Origin: Catajapyx aquilonaris
Lineage: Eukaryota
Assembly: GCA_000934665.2 (NCBI GenBank)
Contig: JYFJ02001557.1
Coordinates: 1 to 64,000 of the forward strand
DNA length: 64,000 nt
Direction: 5' to 3'
Position 1 is the stretch's first letter. Each line of letters starts with the position of its first letter. The notes below the pieces were generated by a model. That model had not been told where the DNA came from and did no database searches. It worked only from the letters and a program-made list of their open reading frames with translations. The position numbers and the translations under genes were made by a program. This document shows positions 10,760-25,500 of this stretch, piece after piece.

Positions 10760-12633
10760 GAAAAGACATTGAATTCATTTTGGCAATTCTGGTAGCCCTT
10801 TTGATTCTGGCCCCTTTTCTGCTGCCTATTAGTAGAAGCAGTCCACCGTATATATGAAGGGCCCTTTACATGCGGCCAGTTGAACACGAGCAGGACACGC
10901 CATGTGCTGTGTAGCCCTATTTATATTCCCTCATATAGCCTGCACACACGAAATTTTCATTTTGGAGTTTTCCAATAATGGATATGGATCAAAACATGCG
11001 ATTTGGCATCGATGTGAAACATTGGGAGACCTCGTTAAATTTTTGGCGTCACCTAATCTGAATGGTCCCACACATGTAATACTATCCTCAGGTGAGGCAC
11101 CTTGATTATCTGGACACCACATGCACACGTGCCGCAAGAATGATCAATACAACGTGCTCGAAAAGCAGCCTGAAGAGTGGTGCGCACAGCGTCATATATT
11201 TTGCAAGTTCCCCTTATTTCTGACCGGATTATCGGACTCGCAGGACTGACGCGAAATAATTTACATGTAATTTGGTTTGCGTATACTAATTCCTGCGAGC
11301 ATTAACGGGTAGCCCCTGGTAACACTCCTTTTGGCGGATGCTACAATCACACACTATGCACCATGTGGCGTCAAACAGTAGTGTCGTTTTGTGTTTTTTA
11401 AATGGCGGAATAAGGTACGTTCACACGGCATTGTTTGATTCGTGTGAGAAAAATGGATCGTCGCTGCCAACTTTTCCGATAATTGTTTTTTTTTTTTTTT
11501 TTGGTAATTAATTTGGAAGTTTTGTAGATGGGAGAACGTTCTGAGACGTCATTAGTTCAGAAGTTGTAATTTTTGCTGGCAGAGAAATCTTGAGATTTTG
11601 CGCCGAGCCGACAATCCAGGGCAGTGGGCTAATTAGACGGGATTAATACGGAATGAGAAATTCGTAACACCCTTTGTTCTCTGAACTCGTTTTGGTCGTG
11701 GAATCCATTTGCATGCTGTGAATATACAATAATGGAAATAAGCTATTGTAAAACGTAACTTGCTATTGTATGCTACAGAACGAGGAAAGACGTAGCGGTG
11801 TTTTCATTGACTGCTAAGAAACACCTATTACAGTAATATATAGCCGAAAAAATGTGTAAATGACTTTCACTCGAAAGTCTATTTTGTGATGGAACGACCA
11901 CCAGATAAGTATATAAACATACCGTAATAAAAATGCATTATGCTCGTTAGTCGTGACCGTGAATATGAGTAAATAGCACGCAGGCAATTTCTTGTACAAC
12001 TTCTAAAAGAGTGCGTTGCACTTTGGAATAATAACTCCCAACAAAATGGCCATCAAATCCTCAAATTGCCGCAATTAATTAGAAACGTAGTATTTGGCGG
12101 CTTCTGATAAAATAATAATTTGAAAGGACTGCATTATCATGTCGCCTATACGTCACACGTGCCCTGAATGAAACACCGACTGTTTATCATCTTTTCATCT
12201 TATAGTGAAATGTGCAGAGGGACTATATTATACTCCGCTGGTTAAGAATGGCCATAAATATAAGGGAAGTGAACAGGTTCACAATAATATATTGATCGTT
12301 CCAAACCAAGACCTGCTTTACATGATGGCAAAATGTGGAGATAGCGAGGAGAAACGAAGGAAGGAAGCGGGTGGCTTCCCGAAGAGGCCTTTTAATGCTT
12401 TCCAGAGACATCTTCAAGTTCCCCCCCCCCCCTCTTCAAATTTATTAGCCGAATCTGGGTCTCCGTTGGAGAGGAATAGAGACTATATGGGCCGAGATTC
12501 TTTTTTTTGTTTGAAAATTAAATTGTTCTAACGTCAATTGGGGTGAGATTGTGCCATCGCATTTTTTGGACACCAGTGAGCCCTACCACGAATTATTACT
12601 CACCATTGCCAACCGTCCATCCCTCAATGTAGT

Positions 12634-13080
12634 TTTATTTATTTATTTATTTTACCCCGTGATAAACCTACTTTCTCTGTAGGGGGGTGGGATACCACCA
12701 TTTAGCTTTTTCGCTATTTCTCGAACTTTTTTCTCTCACCGGTGCAGGGGACAGGATAGGGAAAGTGAGGGGGGGATACGGGTGCAGATGCATTGTCATC
12801 ACGTTGGGGGTCGTGTGCAGTCCCCCAGGGGCTTAAGACACCCCCGTAGGGGCGGGGTCAGAAATTCCCCACCGACCCCGCACCTCCTCAAGGACAGGAC
12901 AAGGATAGGAAAGGAAGGAAGCGGCTGTGGCCTAATATTTAGGAAACAACTCCGGAATTCTCCTGGGGGTAACCGTGGGAAACCACAGAAAGCGGTTAGA
13001 GTTGCCGGCACCGGGGATCGAACCCAGGACCTCCCGATTAGCAGCCGGATACTATATCCCCTCCGCTTCCGCTGCTTCGG
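12634..13080 (-). mobile_element. tRNA-derived SINE, family 1 (long form)
   Basis: B box GGTTCGATCCC; body homologous to 6715-6900; ends TATCACGGGGTA(AAAT)n; 14-bp TSD TCCCTCAATGTAGT (12620-12633, 13081-13094). Confidence 0.9.
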
Positions 13081-16000
13081 TCCCTCAATGTAGTAAAACA
13101 TGCTTATTGCCAGTAGGGCGCACTGTTGTCCAAAAATGCGCTGGCACAATCTCACCCCAATATGTAGAACTTTTCCATCAAGGACGCAATTACGACCAAA
13201 ATCCGAATTTCAGGCGCTGACCCTGCATGACACCAGGGTAGACGCATATCATATGTACTGTTGACGTCCTAAAATGATATGCAAAATTAGAGAAAGCAGG
13301 AGGTGCATGATGAATGGAGGTGAGACAGGTGAGGCAGAGCAGATTCGCGGAAAAGAGTGGGGGCGGGCAGAATCCAGAGGAGCTGAGGATATATTGATCT
13401 CGGGATAGTAACAGCCAGTCTAACGTAGAAAGCGTCGGTGGGAGGGGGGGTAGGGAGGAAGGTATATGTCGAGGGGGAAAGGGGGTGGCTGGGTAACCCC
13501 CACGTACTGTGACCTAATTTTGGGCAGAGGGGAGGTCGGGTCCATGGCCGCTGTGGCAGCAGTATAGAGGGAGGTGCAGGTCCCTCACCCCCTCCCCAGA
13601 ATGGAAGCGGTTTTTCTTGTGTCCTGGGGTTCGCTTTGGCAGATATGCTGTTCAAACCGGGTGTAAATGCGAGCCTAACTCGCTACCTGGTTCGATCAAT
13701 ATGCCTGAGAAAGAGAGAGTGGCAATTGGAGGCTTGGGGGGGGGGGGNTAATGGTATCGCTGACCTCTCCTGGTACCTTCCTGAAAAAATTGGCTTAATT
13801 TCGTCCGCTTAAAACCGCAACTTTTCTTGCAAAACGGAGGAGGTAACGAACCATGGGGCATTTGACTCCGTTGTCAAGTATTTGAACTAAATGAAAATTG
13901 CGCGCGACAAACTGTGGTGGCCGTATAACGTGAACGTTATTCTGAGAACAAGACATGTTCAGCTAAGTAAACCCTATTTTTCACCCTCACTGTTCATACA
14001 TAGTAAATGACTTGCGCAAGAAATTAAGTGCTCGTAATTATTTTTTTTGTCAAAAAAAAGGTCACACCCTCTTTTAGAGCAAAAGTACAGCCTTTAGCCA
14101 ACGTGTGAGGAAATGCAAACTTGAAAATGGGTCATGTGAACACTGCTTGCGTTATTGTTCTACTTTATTGACACTCTAGTCACGACGGCTAATGCTCTTG
14201 TGGACAACTAAATCGGAGATAAAAAGGTACCTTGCACCGGCCCGAGCCTAGTACTATACATTAAATATAGGTGCATATATAGTGAGTTTACCAACTAGTT
14301 GCCTACAGGCAACACCCAGAAACATACATTGATGAATCATGAATCCTTTTCAACTTGATGCACTTATTATGTATGAACATTTGGCGCATTGTTGCAGGCA
14401 CACGCACACTGTAAGTCCTATTTACTGGCATTACGACCCATAATGACCCTGGTAATAAATCCGGTCCAATTAATTAGACTGCCACGCAAAAGAACAACAA
14501 GCCTGGCCTGATTTGAGTGTCTAATTTCGCCATGTCCCTGCCAGCGAAACAGGTGATTCATGGGTAGTTAGTATCTACGGTAAACCCCTCCAGAGCAGCC
14601 TGCTGCACCCACACTCATGTCATGCAGTATGGTGCACGAGGCTCGTATGGTAACACTTATTTGACTTGGTAAATAATGTAATCTGTGATGTGTAGTCCTT
14701 GTGGTTTGGACAAAAACGGAGGTGGTTCCTTCTAATTTTTTTCCTCCTTATTCTTTCCTTTGGAAGACACCATGCGTGACTTTTACGCTTCTCAGCCTTG
14801 AGGAACAAGATATAATTAGGGGAATTCGGGGAGAAAAAATGTCGGGAGTGGCGAAGGAGATTGCAAAGAATGATGGTCAGACAATGGCACGAGTTTCACC
14901 TTTGTCTTTTTTCTTCATTGTGAGTACCAAGTTACACCCCAGGAAAGTGGTCGCAGTTCGACAAGTTTGTTGATGGAACGCCACATGTTCGATGACAGCG
15001 ATTTAGTAGATGTGTCCAGGACGGCTAATTCGGACAAAAGTTCATTTGTCCCCCATCCCACTAGATTGAACCGAGCTAATTTTGCCATTTGGAAACTGCC
15101 ATCTATCGACAGCGTCCTGTAAAAAAAAAAATGTTCCAGAGGAGAATCTCTGAACCCCCTATGATTTCAAACACACCACAGCTATAGCACCGATTTAATT
15201 AAAGGCAACAAAGCTCGTTTTACAGGAGTTTTTGAGTGCATTATGAAGCTTAACACAATTAGCGAGAAGCTATTTCATTTTTTATCTGCAATTTTCTCAC
15301 TGGAAGTGCGTTGCTATTCAGAAAGAGATCCGAGTTGGAATGTAGCGCAGACTGTTTGCGGCATTATTGGATTTCTTTTGACAACGCCGAGCTGAAAAGC
15401 AATGGAGAGCCTATGTGACTGTTGGTGAAAAGCCTGGTCCAGAGACCTGACTTTTTACCTAATACTTTTTAGCTGTGCGTTAGAGAAGCCCACCGGGTGT
15501 GATACCCCCTGCTGTTCATTAGTCATGGCGAACACATGTGCAGGCACGTAGATATGAAGGCAGCGTGAGCCATAATGCGACATGAAAATGGCGAGCTGCA
15601 TGGGCTGTGCGGTACCTTTTCGGAGCTTCACAGCTGCGGGATGATTGGTCGTTTTGCATGGTTTGCAGCCCTGAAACGAGTTGCACTATGCCACTGAAAA
15701 TGGAACCCTGGCCTGTTAGTTGATATTTTTTTTTTTCGCACGGCCCCTACAGGAAGCCCTTGGCTTCCTCTTCATTGTTGGTGGGCAACACCGAACAAAC
15801 ACCCAGGGTTATGCCTTGTTATTAATTGTTGCTTATTTTTTGTCAGCAGTTTCACTGAGTTGGATGCTTCCCGCCTTAAGTGGATAATTGTTTGAATTGT
15901 TAAAATTGCTCTCTAGTTTTGTCAAGCCTGACAGCTCAAAGCATATATCTAAACTTCTCGGATAATGTTATAGCGAACTAATTGCAGTTTAAATCCTGGT

Positions 16001-17783
16001 TTTATTAAATGCAATTTTTTTTTAAAAATCCCGTTGTGCATAGGAATATGCAAGATAATTGGAGATTTCCCGTAATTTTGCATTCATACACCTGGGCCTA
16101 AATTGTCGATAGGGCAATTAAACGGCCGTTAGCACTTAACGGTCATTAAAGAGTTGGGAAAACTGCTAATTTATTTTACAAAGCTACAACGGGATTTAAA
16201 GTCGGATAGACCAGATCAAATCTTTGAGAAGCGCCTCCGGCTATAAATATTAATATAGGCCTTTAAGATATTTAATAATAAGGTCTTTCATGGTATTGTC
16301 CAGTACAGATCTGTTATAAGCTAAGTGATCCTAAATTTTTAAAATGTCGTGAGAGAATGAACTGCTCTCATTAATAATGGACCAGTAACAACTGGCGCGC
16401 CTAATTAATTAGAGTGAATTAATAAATGAAAACCATGAGTGAATAAGCTCACATTACTCTTACAAAAGAGCGTGGGTTTACAGTCAAGTCAGTCAACTAG
16501 TGTCTTAATGCGCAGTACAGTAGGGCCTACACGAATAAGACTATAGAGGTTACCTGGAAACATATTGACCAAAGTTCTATCGACCACAAGGTAAGAGTGG
16601 CTGGGTGGAATAGAGGATTTTGTCATGGGAATGCCCACTAGTAAGTCGTGTTTGCTCATCATCCATGCTCTCTATTCGCGTTTCTACTTTCAACTAGCAT
16701 GCGAGCCAAGTTGGTGTTTTCATACCGGGTTGAACACAAATATTGCTTTGCAGTTTAGCAAGCTTGGAGTAAAATCCAACATGTTATATCTCCCAAAGTT
16801 GTGTTGAAATGAATGTGGCTTACAGCAAGTAGCTGCGTAGATGTATATGCCAAAGTACTGTCTAATATTTCTTTAGGAACAAAATTTGAAGCCGGATTTT
16901 AGTTCCATGTTTGAAGAGTGCCCTGTGATAAAATTAGATTGCTCCTACAGACTGATTGGATTTTCCTAGCACAATAGTGAATAAAAGCTGTGCTTTGATA
17001 CAGCTTTGTCGAAAGAATAAGTTTACTGGAAGTCACCTATTTCTGGTTTATGGAAAGTAATGCTGAACCTACACCAGCAATAACAATAGTTTCACAACAG
17101 AAGAGAGGATGAGCTGGCTATAGGGTTGCACTGTAAGTAATTGTGAAGTGGAGCCTAACCAATACCAGACTCTGCTTTCCGCTGGCTCGTGAGTCTAGAC
17201 TGCTGTATTGTTCTAGAAAATCTCGTTCGTGAGAGTAGACCCTTTGTGCACTATTCGGAAAACTCATTGGTTAGATAACTGGTCAAGATGAACGACAATG
17301 TGAAAGTTCATTTTCATTTGTCAAGTGTAGAGTAGCCTAGAGACGTATACATCAGATAAGAACCTGCAATTGCCACCGGAATCTTATATCTCTGAGCTCA
17401 ACTCGGTTGATTGATAACATTAATTAAAGCGCCTAATAGGATTTTCTGACTTGAGCAACATCTAAAAGATACTGTAGGTTTACTCAAGATTAGTGATATT
17501 GATATGCCCATCGGTAGCTTCTGCAGTTTACTGTTAGTTTTCAGACCTGCACCACACAAATCCCACGTTTGGTTTAATTTTATAGATTAGCAATAATATT
17601 GGATTGGTGGGAACATTGCATATTTGCATATGCAATGCAGCATTGTTTTGCAGTGGATGTGGTATGCCTATAATCTATACGCAAGGAGCAAAATTGGATA
17701 TCATGCTGGTTGAAGAAGGAATGTGCAGTTCAAACATGCGTGGGAGAATCATACGGCTGCACGTATTTCATATATATATATAC

Positions 17784-17837
17784 ACTGGTTTAATTCGACC
17801 GTTTCGTATATATACGAAACGGTCGAATTAAACCAGT
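17784..17837. repeat. Perfect 54-bp palindrome
   Basis: ACTGGTTTAATTCGACCGTTTCGTATA followed directly by its exact reverse complement; adjacent to a (TA)n run. Confidence 0.95.
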
Positions 17838-19466
17838 AATGTGTGACTTATTTTCCACATTATTTAACAAATGTGATGTAGGTTACGATCTGCTTTTATA
17901 TAAGCTTCTTCTAACCGATGCGGAAGAAAAGGGTACGCCGGTTCCCACAAATAACTTTTGATCTAAATGTTGATTTATGCAGCAGACTTCTTTGACAGAG
18001 CTCTTCAATAATTTATTTCCCAGCGCTCCATTTTGTACATCGTCAGGAAATTTTCCTGGCTCTCATGAGGAGATGGGGTCATGTATTTTACATTAGAGAT
18101 GGCTAAACAAATAGTGAAATTACTCTTTGAAGAGGATTACGAATCAGATCGTGACCTTTGCAAGGCTAAATCGCTCACAAGGCAGAAAATAAAAGAGCCA
18201 TTTGAAGGATATTGGTCCACTTCAGGGACACACCATGTGCGCTGCACTTTTTCAATTAACTTTTGGTCACGGCATAAACCTGATTTGACGGCCCTATCAG
18301 TCCCAGCCAAAATCAGATTTGGCTGGTTCCTGTAATCAAAACCGATTGAACGAAATGGCCTCTATTCTTTAACATCCTGCTCTCCGTCAGCAGCGAAAAT
18401 AAACAGTAAAGAATGGAAGAAAGAGCCAGGCGACAACTGCGAGGAAAAGCCCAGGGCTTTGTGAGTAAATGGAGTGAACGTCAAAGGCAAATGAGCGAGG
18501 TAAGAGTTTTTCTCTGAAAGGTTATGGAGGAAAAAAAATAGGAGTCGAACGAACCAATGCACCAAAGCAGAGCTAGAGAGAGTGCAATCTAAGGGTCCAC
18601 GCTTTTGCCTGCCATGATTGTGCATTCTTCCTAACCGCAAATCCCATTCCCACAAGATGGCTGTAAGAATTCCGACTGCGTCCTTCCTCCTACCTCGCAG
18701 ACAACAAAGGAAGCTGGCCCTTTTTCTCACTCTATCTCCATTCAACTCCTCCTGCTCGGTGCCAACGTGCCGATTCACTCAGCACATTTTCAGATTCGAT
18801 TCCATTTCGAGTAGGAGGCCATATATACGTGAGATCAGTACCTGGCGCCAAGTCCCAACAAGTTTACACAGGACTGCATCAAGTGGCGACACATTGCCCG
18901 TTGGGGAGAGGGGGGTGTATCAACGGTCGAAAAGGAAGTTTTCCAGCCGAGCTCGATACGCAAGTGACGGTTGGAAATCGGCTAAGTGCAGGGTTTGATT
19001 AGATTGTGTTTGTGGGAAATCTCCTGGAAATCAATGGAGGAAGTTGGGCAACATTCAGTCCCTGAGAGTCATTTCATTCATTTTTATGAGTGCCCGTTGG
19101 CGGAATAAATTGGAAGTGCGCTTTATGGCCAGGGGGTAGAAAGTGCAAATATATCACTTGGGTGCACTTACTAGTTACATGCTAGCATGTATAAATCAAG
19201 TAGTGGATCCAGTTCTGATATCCTCTGTGGTTTCAGCACTCCAGGCTAGGACTAATCTAGAGTATGCTGTACCCACGCTGTACTTGCATAGCAAAGGTGG
19301 GTGTGCGAGATGAAATGCGAAACGGGCCATTATTCAAGTTTGCTGCGGGTTTCCACAGCCTCATAAGCAGATTAATCTGCGCCACTGCACGTCATATGTA
19401 AGCACGCACGCACAAAACATGGCGCCCACTTCTCTCCACTCCCATCATTAGCCTGAAATAATACTC

Positions 19467-19467
<1 letters not shown>

Positions 19468-19542
<75 letters not shown>
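19468..19542. repeat. (ATT)25 microsatellite
   Basis: Seen directly. Confidence 0.97.
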
Positions 19543-22500
19543 GGCGGCGGCGTCTTGGGATGACCTCTGGCGATACGAATCGAACTACATGGTATCTGAC
19601 AAGACCTGGAGTAATCACCTGCTATAAAAACTGGATTGTGCCGATTTCCTGCATTGACACCTGACAATTAGGTGAGGTTGGGTTAGAGGAAGCCTGTTCC
19701 CACGGTGACAGTTCCGGGTCTCTCTGGTGGGTGGCACGTGCGGAGGAGGAGACGGAAAAAAGGCTGCAAATAAAAAAAAAGGGCCTGAGACGATTTCCAG
19801 TCCTGGATAAAATTCGCTGCCAAAAAGGCCCACAATTCTCCTCCGCCTGCAAAACTCCCCGATATAAATGATTGCTTTGGGGGAGCCTAGGAAACTTTTG
19901 TCATTTCCCGCATTTGCAGGCAGGCATCCTCAGCCCGTGCCCTCCTTACTGATACACTTTGACTGAATCAACATCCTAGTGCCAATATTTCGTAATGGGG
20001 GTGCCAAACCTAAGGGTTTGCTTCATTTCCGGGTCTGGCTGCTGCTCTTGCCTTATCCCCTGCACTTATGTAGTGTATAAGCTGGAAATGGCCAACGTAG
20101 AAAGTCTGCTCCTTTGCTCCCTTGTAAGAGGTAGATGTGACAACAATTCAAATCGTCTCCTTAATTGATTGCTTCTATAGTCCTATTAGAGTATCACCAC
20201 CGTCTCTTAACGATTTAATTATCCTAGCCATCTAGTGTCTGGCAGGGAATGTCAAGGGAGGACGGATTCGATTTTCTTGCAGCCACAGAATGGTAATGGG
20301 CGTCTACGCCGTTGGGTAAGTTCGCAAAAACAAAGCTGGAAAGGTAGGACGACGAACAACGTAGGAGTTTCTCAGCGCAGACATTAGATAGGACAAGCAG
20401 GAAAAGCATGGTAACAAGTTGTCAGTAGAAAAATTTGTTTCCATCCAGGGGCTGTTTACGTTGGATTTGTCTGAAGAATTGTCATTTTGCTTTCATTTTT
20501 TTCCGCTCTATGCCTGGAGTGTCTGAAGTACAGAATGATCAGATTGGTCACATAAAATGATTGTGTGATATAATTGTAGGTTAGCCCATTGTTACAGTAA
20601 GCCCATCACAATTGAAGTGTTTCTACAACTTTTGGACTCAATTAGCTACATTTTTTTAAAGAAATGCCATGCGCCAAATCCTCATATCGCTAAATTGCAT
20701 GACTCTGATCCTTCAGCATTTCAGGTCAACATATGTTTCCACACTGTATATGCTGGCAGCACATGATGGAGAGGCTCAGCAAGTGAAAAATGACTCCCAG
20801 CACTTGACTGGATTAGCATCCAGTCACAAGTGAACTTTTGTCCGACCCACCCACTTGCTCTCAACCACAGTGCACTCTGCAGATCTCTCAGAAGACATGA
20901 GAAAGGCCAGGAAAACTTAACATAAATGTTGCGAATTGCAGACCCCCATGTTGCGGTCGACAAACTTCCGCAGTTCAAGAGTCTCTTAAGATTCTGGGAT
21001 GGTTATTTATACATGTTACAGGCAACAGCATCAGTAACGGTGCGGTAGAGTATATAGGGGGCCATGCAGTATAGAAAAGGTGCACAACCGTTACCTTGGG
21101 ACGGACCTTTTTTTTTCTTGAAGCAAGCGCAGTTGTATTGGCCGGGGGGAATATGAGTCCCTCAGAACGGTTTCTTCCTACCTGTCAGTTGGAGGTCCTA
21201 TTTTCGCCAAGGTTAGGGTTGGTGTGTTATTTTCTACCTGGTGACGAGACCAGGTAATCTGGGTAGAAGGATACCGGTTGCATATTGTTTCATGGTGTGG
21301 GAAAATCCTGAATTGAATTCGTCGTGGCATTGTACACAATCAGTGCACTTACTCCCTAATAATACATTACAAACGACTATTTATTGCACTGTAATGTAGG
21401 ACCACCCTCTTATATGAAAAGACGAGAAAAAAAAACGTCACGGAATCACCGAACTTCACGGGGTTACTCGCCTTTTAATGCATGAACCTCGAGCTATACG
21501 CATCCACACGATACTTCACGAAATAATTACAGGAATACTCGCCGACTGCGTTTGTACCTATCTCTCATTCGCCATCTAACCCTCTCAGAAACATGGAGGC
21601 GCGGAGAGATAGAAAAATAGCAGGGTCCATGAGAGGCGAAAGACACGAACGGTAGGTTGGAGTGTGTCCAAAAGGGCAGTGTACAGGGTTGGTGACCCCT
21701 TGGACCCCCAACTGGATCCTGCTGGGACTGGATAAGCGGTGGTTTTAGATGGGGGGGGGGNGGGGGGGGGGGCATGGGTGGAATGATGGGTGGGGACGAG
21801 TCTTCACCCATACCAAGATGCGTGATGGAATAGCATCGGCATGGGTGGAAGACTGGAAGAGGATATCCTTCCTCTATTTTTTGTCAGTACGGGATGTCGA
21901 GTTCATTCTGAACCGGCAGAGCGGAAGGTGTCATGGCCGCTGCCACTCTTTAAGTTTGCCCTTTCGGCGCACGTGACTAATTGCGGCCATTTAAAGCATT
22001 TGAAAAACATGTTCGGCACATCCAAATATATCGGAGGGGAAGAGGGGTGTTTTTAATCATCAGTCAACTAATTGGGAACGGGTTATGCCCCCAGGTGACA
22101 ATGGTCGAACCGTGTTTGGTGATCATCCCCAGTACCGGTTTCTAGTTAAGGATTTTTCTGTATATGAAGCCGCCGCATTTAGGCCGTCATCCCCATGATG
22201 TGGGTTGACATGTCATTATAGCTGTGGGAGAAAGAGGAAAAAAATGTAGAATGGGTGTGGTTGCCGTGCAAGGTGGCCAACTAGGTAAACCCACATCCAA
22301 TTTCCACCTGATGCAAGGTGAAGCCGAGAAGTGTTCCCATTTACCCTAAATATTCAAGCTGGAATATTACAATGGTACTTCAACATGTTATCAAATCACA
22401 GCCTTTATTACTATATATAATGGGAGGCTTACGTTATGTCACGGACGTTGGATTTGCAAAGGAAATTGTTGAAAAGTGGGTGGAGAAGGATGTACCGCAG

Positions 22501-25500
22501 TAACCCAGTGCATTACATGCAGCTTGCCATTATATTTCGGCTCTCCCCTGGCGCCGATTATACCGCATTTCGGTGATTACAAGGCGCTTCATCAGTTTGG
22601 AAATGGCGTTCAACCGCGTTTGAATAACCTATCGGAAGTGCCAGAAGGTACAAAAAAAAACAGCCATGTTGAAAATAGTGCAGGAACACCCTACCGTTTC
22701 ACTTTTTCCCAATTTCCCACGCGTGTATGCCATTACGCAATACTGCTTTAAAAAAAATCGACACCTGCTGTTATTCGGTAAACTGGACACGTAACGGTAC
22801 AAAAGTGTGTGTCCGCATGGATGCTGTTCCTTTGCGGAAGGCATAAAGCTCATCAAGCGTGTTTTGGGTCGTGCCGCATTTGACACAACGTTTCAAATGA
22901 CCGCCACAACCCAGCCCGTTATTTGTACATTCGGTACGCCAAGTCGTGTCCCGCTGCTAATGACTCTAATAGCATTGCGGAGGTAATGGCTTTTTCCAAG
23001 TGGTCGCATTTGCACATATGTTGTTCCTGGTAACCAAAACGCGGGAGGTGTTGGCGGCACACTATAGCAGGAGTCCCTCGTACAAGTGGCGCCATTTCCC
23101 CCTTGCCTTGTGATATAGAAGTTTCTCTCATGATGAAACCACCTGCTTTTCCCAATTGAATCCTCGCACTCCGGAAAGTGGAATCGACATTCAGAAAGGA
23201 AATTTCGGACGCCTTCTCCGTACCACCACTAGCCTCACCAGTTCTTTCTTCCGCTCAGTTCACCAGAGGAAAAAAAAAAAAAAAACGTTTCTCGGATTTA
23301 TTGTAAGGCCTGGCTTTATGCGAGCCGTTTAGTTCCCTTGTGCAGAGAGGAAATGTCGATCGATCCACGAGTTGTGTGAGAAGAGGTGGTAGGGTGGGAG
23401 GGGATTAAATAGAGAAAAGAGAGATAGAGAATAAAAAATGGCGGAATGATTGTAATGAAAATCGTGCAGCTTCTCGTGTGAATGAATCTTTCATGTGGAT
23501 GAAGGACTGGACTAATAGCGCGACCGATTACGCGGGGAAATGGGCAAACATTTGGGACGCTTTACTTTTTAATTCTACCCTGTTGTGACGTACGGACGTA
23601 AATTTTACATGCGGTGGGAAAAGCTATGTGAAAATTCTAGGAAAGTGCAAGCTTGACCCATGTATTGTTGAATGTCACTGGATCAAAGGCAGTGTTCTTA
23701 GAATGGCAATAGGCCTAGAATTCTGGGAAATGTTTAAACGAATAGGGTCTAGATTGCAGTTATAGCATTCTGAACTCTGTTATTAGGCTGGCGATAATGA
23801 CAACTTAATCATTAATTTCCTGCCTCGTGTTTGGTAGAAATTCCGATCATTTCTCTCGCCTCTTGGACAGCCAATCAGCGTGCGAGTCCCCAGAACCAAT
23901 TTCACGGAATAGAATGATGGCATCAGTTCTCATAATATGTCAACTCTACTCGAATTCCCTCTATATATTTTCGGAGACAGGAGGAGCCCATACAACCACG
24001 ATTCCAAGAATCTCTGCAATTTCCCCTGCAGTTGTGTGCGCTTCAATAGTCTTGGTAAAAGTCGACTCTATTATTGTTTCTGGAAAGAGGATTCGGTTAT
24101 TTTGTGGAAGCTCTAGCCAGAGAACAGCAAGGTCCATAATTGGAACTTGTTGCCGAGTGTTACTATAGCAACCAAGCTGATCAAAGCTGCTGTAATAACT
24201 GCAAAGCCCTACCAAAAGCCGATTGGGAGTATTCTCAATACGGTAAAGTAACTACTTTATCTGGAACACAAAGGACTGTATAGTACACATCATTATCCGA
24301 TAGAACCTATATGGACTGTACCCTAGCAACAACTGGGTATTGCATCTCGTGTGAGAGCATCAGGTCAAAAATGAAACACGAGCTGCCAAGTGGGCTCTCT
24401 ATTCTCGCTGAACCTTAGTAAAACAGGCGTATGTCTGCACCGTAGACAAAGCTGGGAATCTGGAGACAAGAAGTCTACTCTTGGCAGATGATATTACCTT
24501 CCAAGTAACTCTGTAAGCCTTCCCTCCCAACTCCCTTGACACTGTTATCTTCTTGCTGGAGGAAGCAACCGCCGAGGTGGAAGCAAAAGGAGCTCAAGAG
24601 TATAGGTTATATGCACTCCTGTCACGTCGTGCAGCATCTTGCATCGTTGCCGGGAATTAAGTCTTTCGTGACTTCACTGCCATGTGCGGCTCGCCAGATA
24701 GAGAAACGACCCACTGTGTATCAACCTAATGGCCTAGATATGCATAGGTTGTCGGTTGCAAAGTTTGCACCCTCAGGCTTGCATCGGAACCTCAACTTTG
24801 ACGTGACGCCAAAACTTGATTGAAGTTTGGAACCAAAGTAAGGTGATGCTTCCCACTATCAGTGTTCGATGTCGAAATGCTGCCAGTGAAGGGATAATAT
24901 AATAACGAGGTAATAAACATTGAATTTAACTCCGACTAATTTGTAATTCCCGTTAACAATAATTTATAGAGCAATCATTACTCTGTCGATGTCATAGTGG
25001 CAAATAATACCCCGATAAAATCACTAATAACTATGACATAACTGTATGAACAATCAAAGCTAGATTAGCAGTAATATTGTTATAGAATTGATATGCTTCA
25101 CATACTGCCGCGTTGATTCACTCTTGCATTTCAGTAATAAGCTCAGGGCGGAACAAATACAATTTGAGAAGTACAAATGATATTCAAATCAAGCCGTTAT
25201 CAGATATGTGCTTGCCTATACTACCGGTTGACTCCCAATGGCCTGCACACATCCCATGAATGTTATGTGTTGAGGTGGGTGTGAGGTGCACCTGTGAAAA
25301 GGTTTAGTGGGTCATGTCGGGCCGGCCAAGGCTCGGTGCGCCCCGGAGCCTGGAATCCGCTTGGCCCCGGGGGTAACTCAACTTGCCCAAATCGCTTCCT
25401 GCTTCTTCTCCTACCCAAGAGTCCGGTCCAGCCAGTAGGTTACTTGAGCAAGTGAGGCCAGTCTCATATACAGTTGGAAAAATAACGAGTCAGCCATTTT

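Noticed and set aside
19392..19667. ORF with a poly-Ile run
   Set aside because: It is the (ATT)n microsatellite read in frame.
13736..21772. Long G runs containing N at 13748 and 21761 as G-quadruplex signals
   Set aside because: Homopolymer length is uncertain in the assembly, and both lie in repeat-like sequence.
22560..22605. Hammerhead ribozyme-like CTGATGA...GAAA on the minus strand
   Set aside because: Stems I and II do not pair convincingly.
25261..25471. TG...CA bounded GC-rich segment as a solo LTR
   Set aside because: No TSD and only weak terminal inverted repeats.
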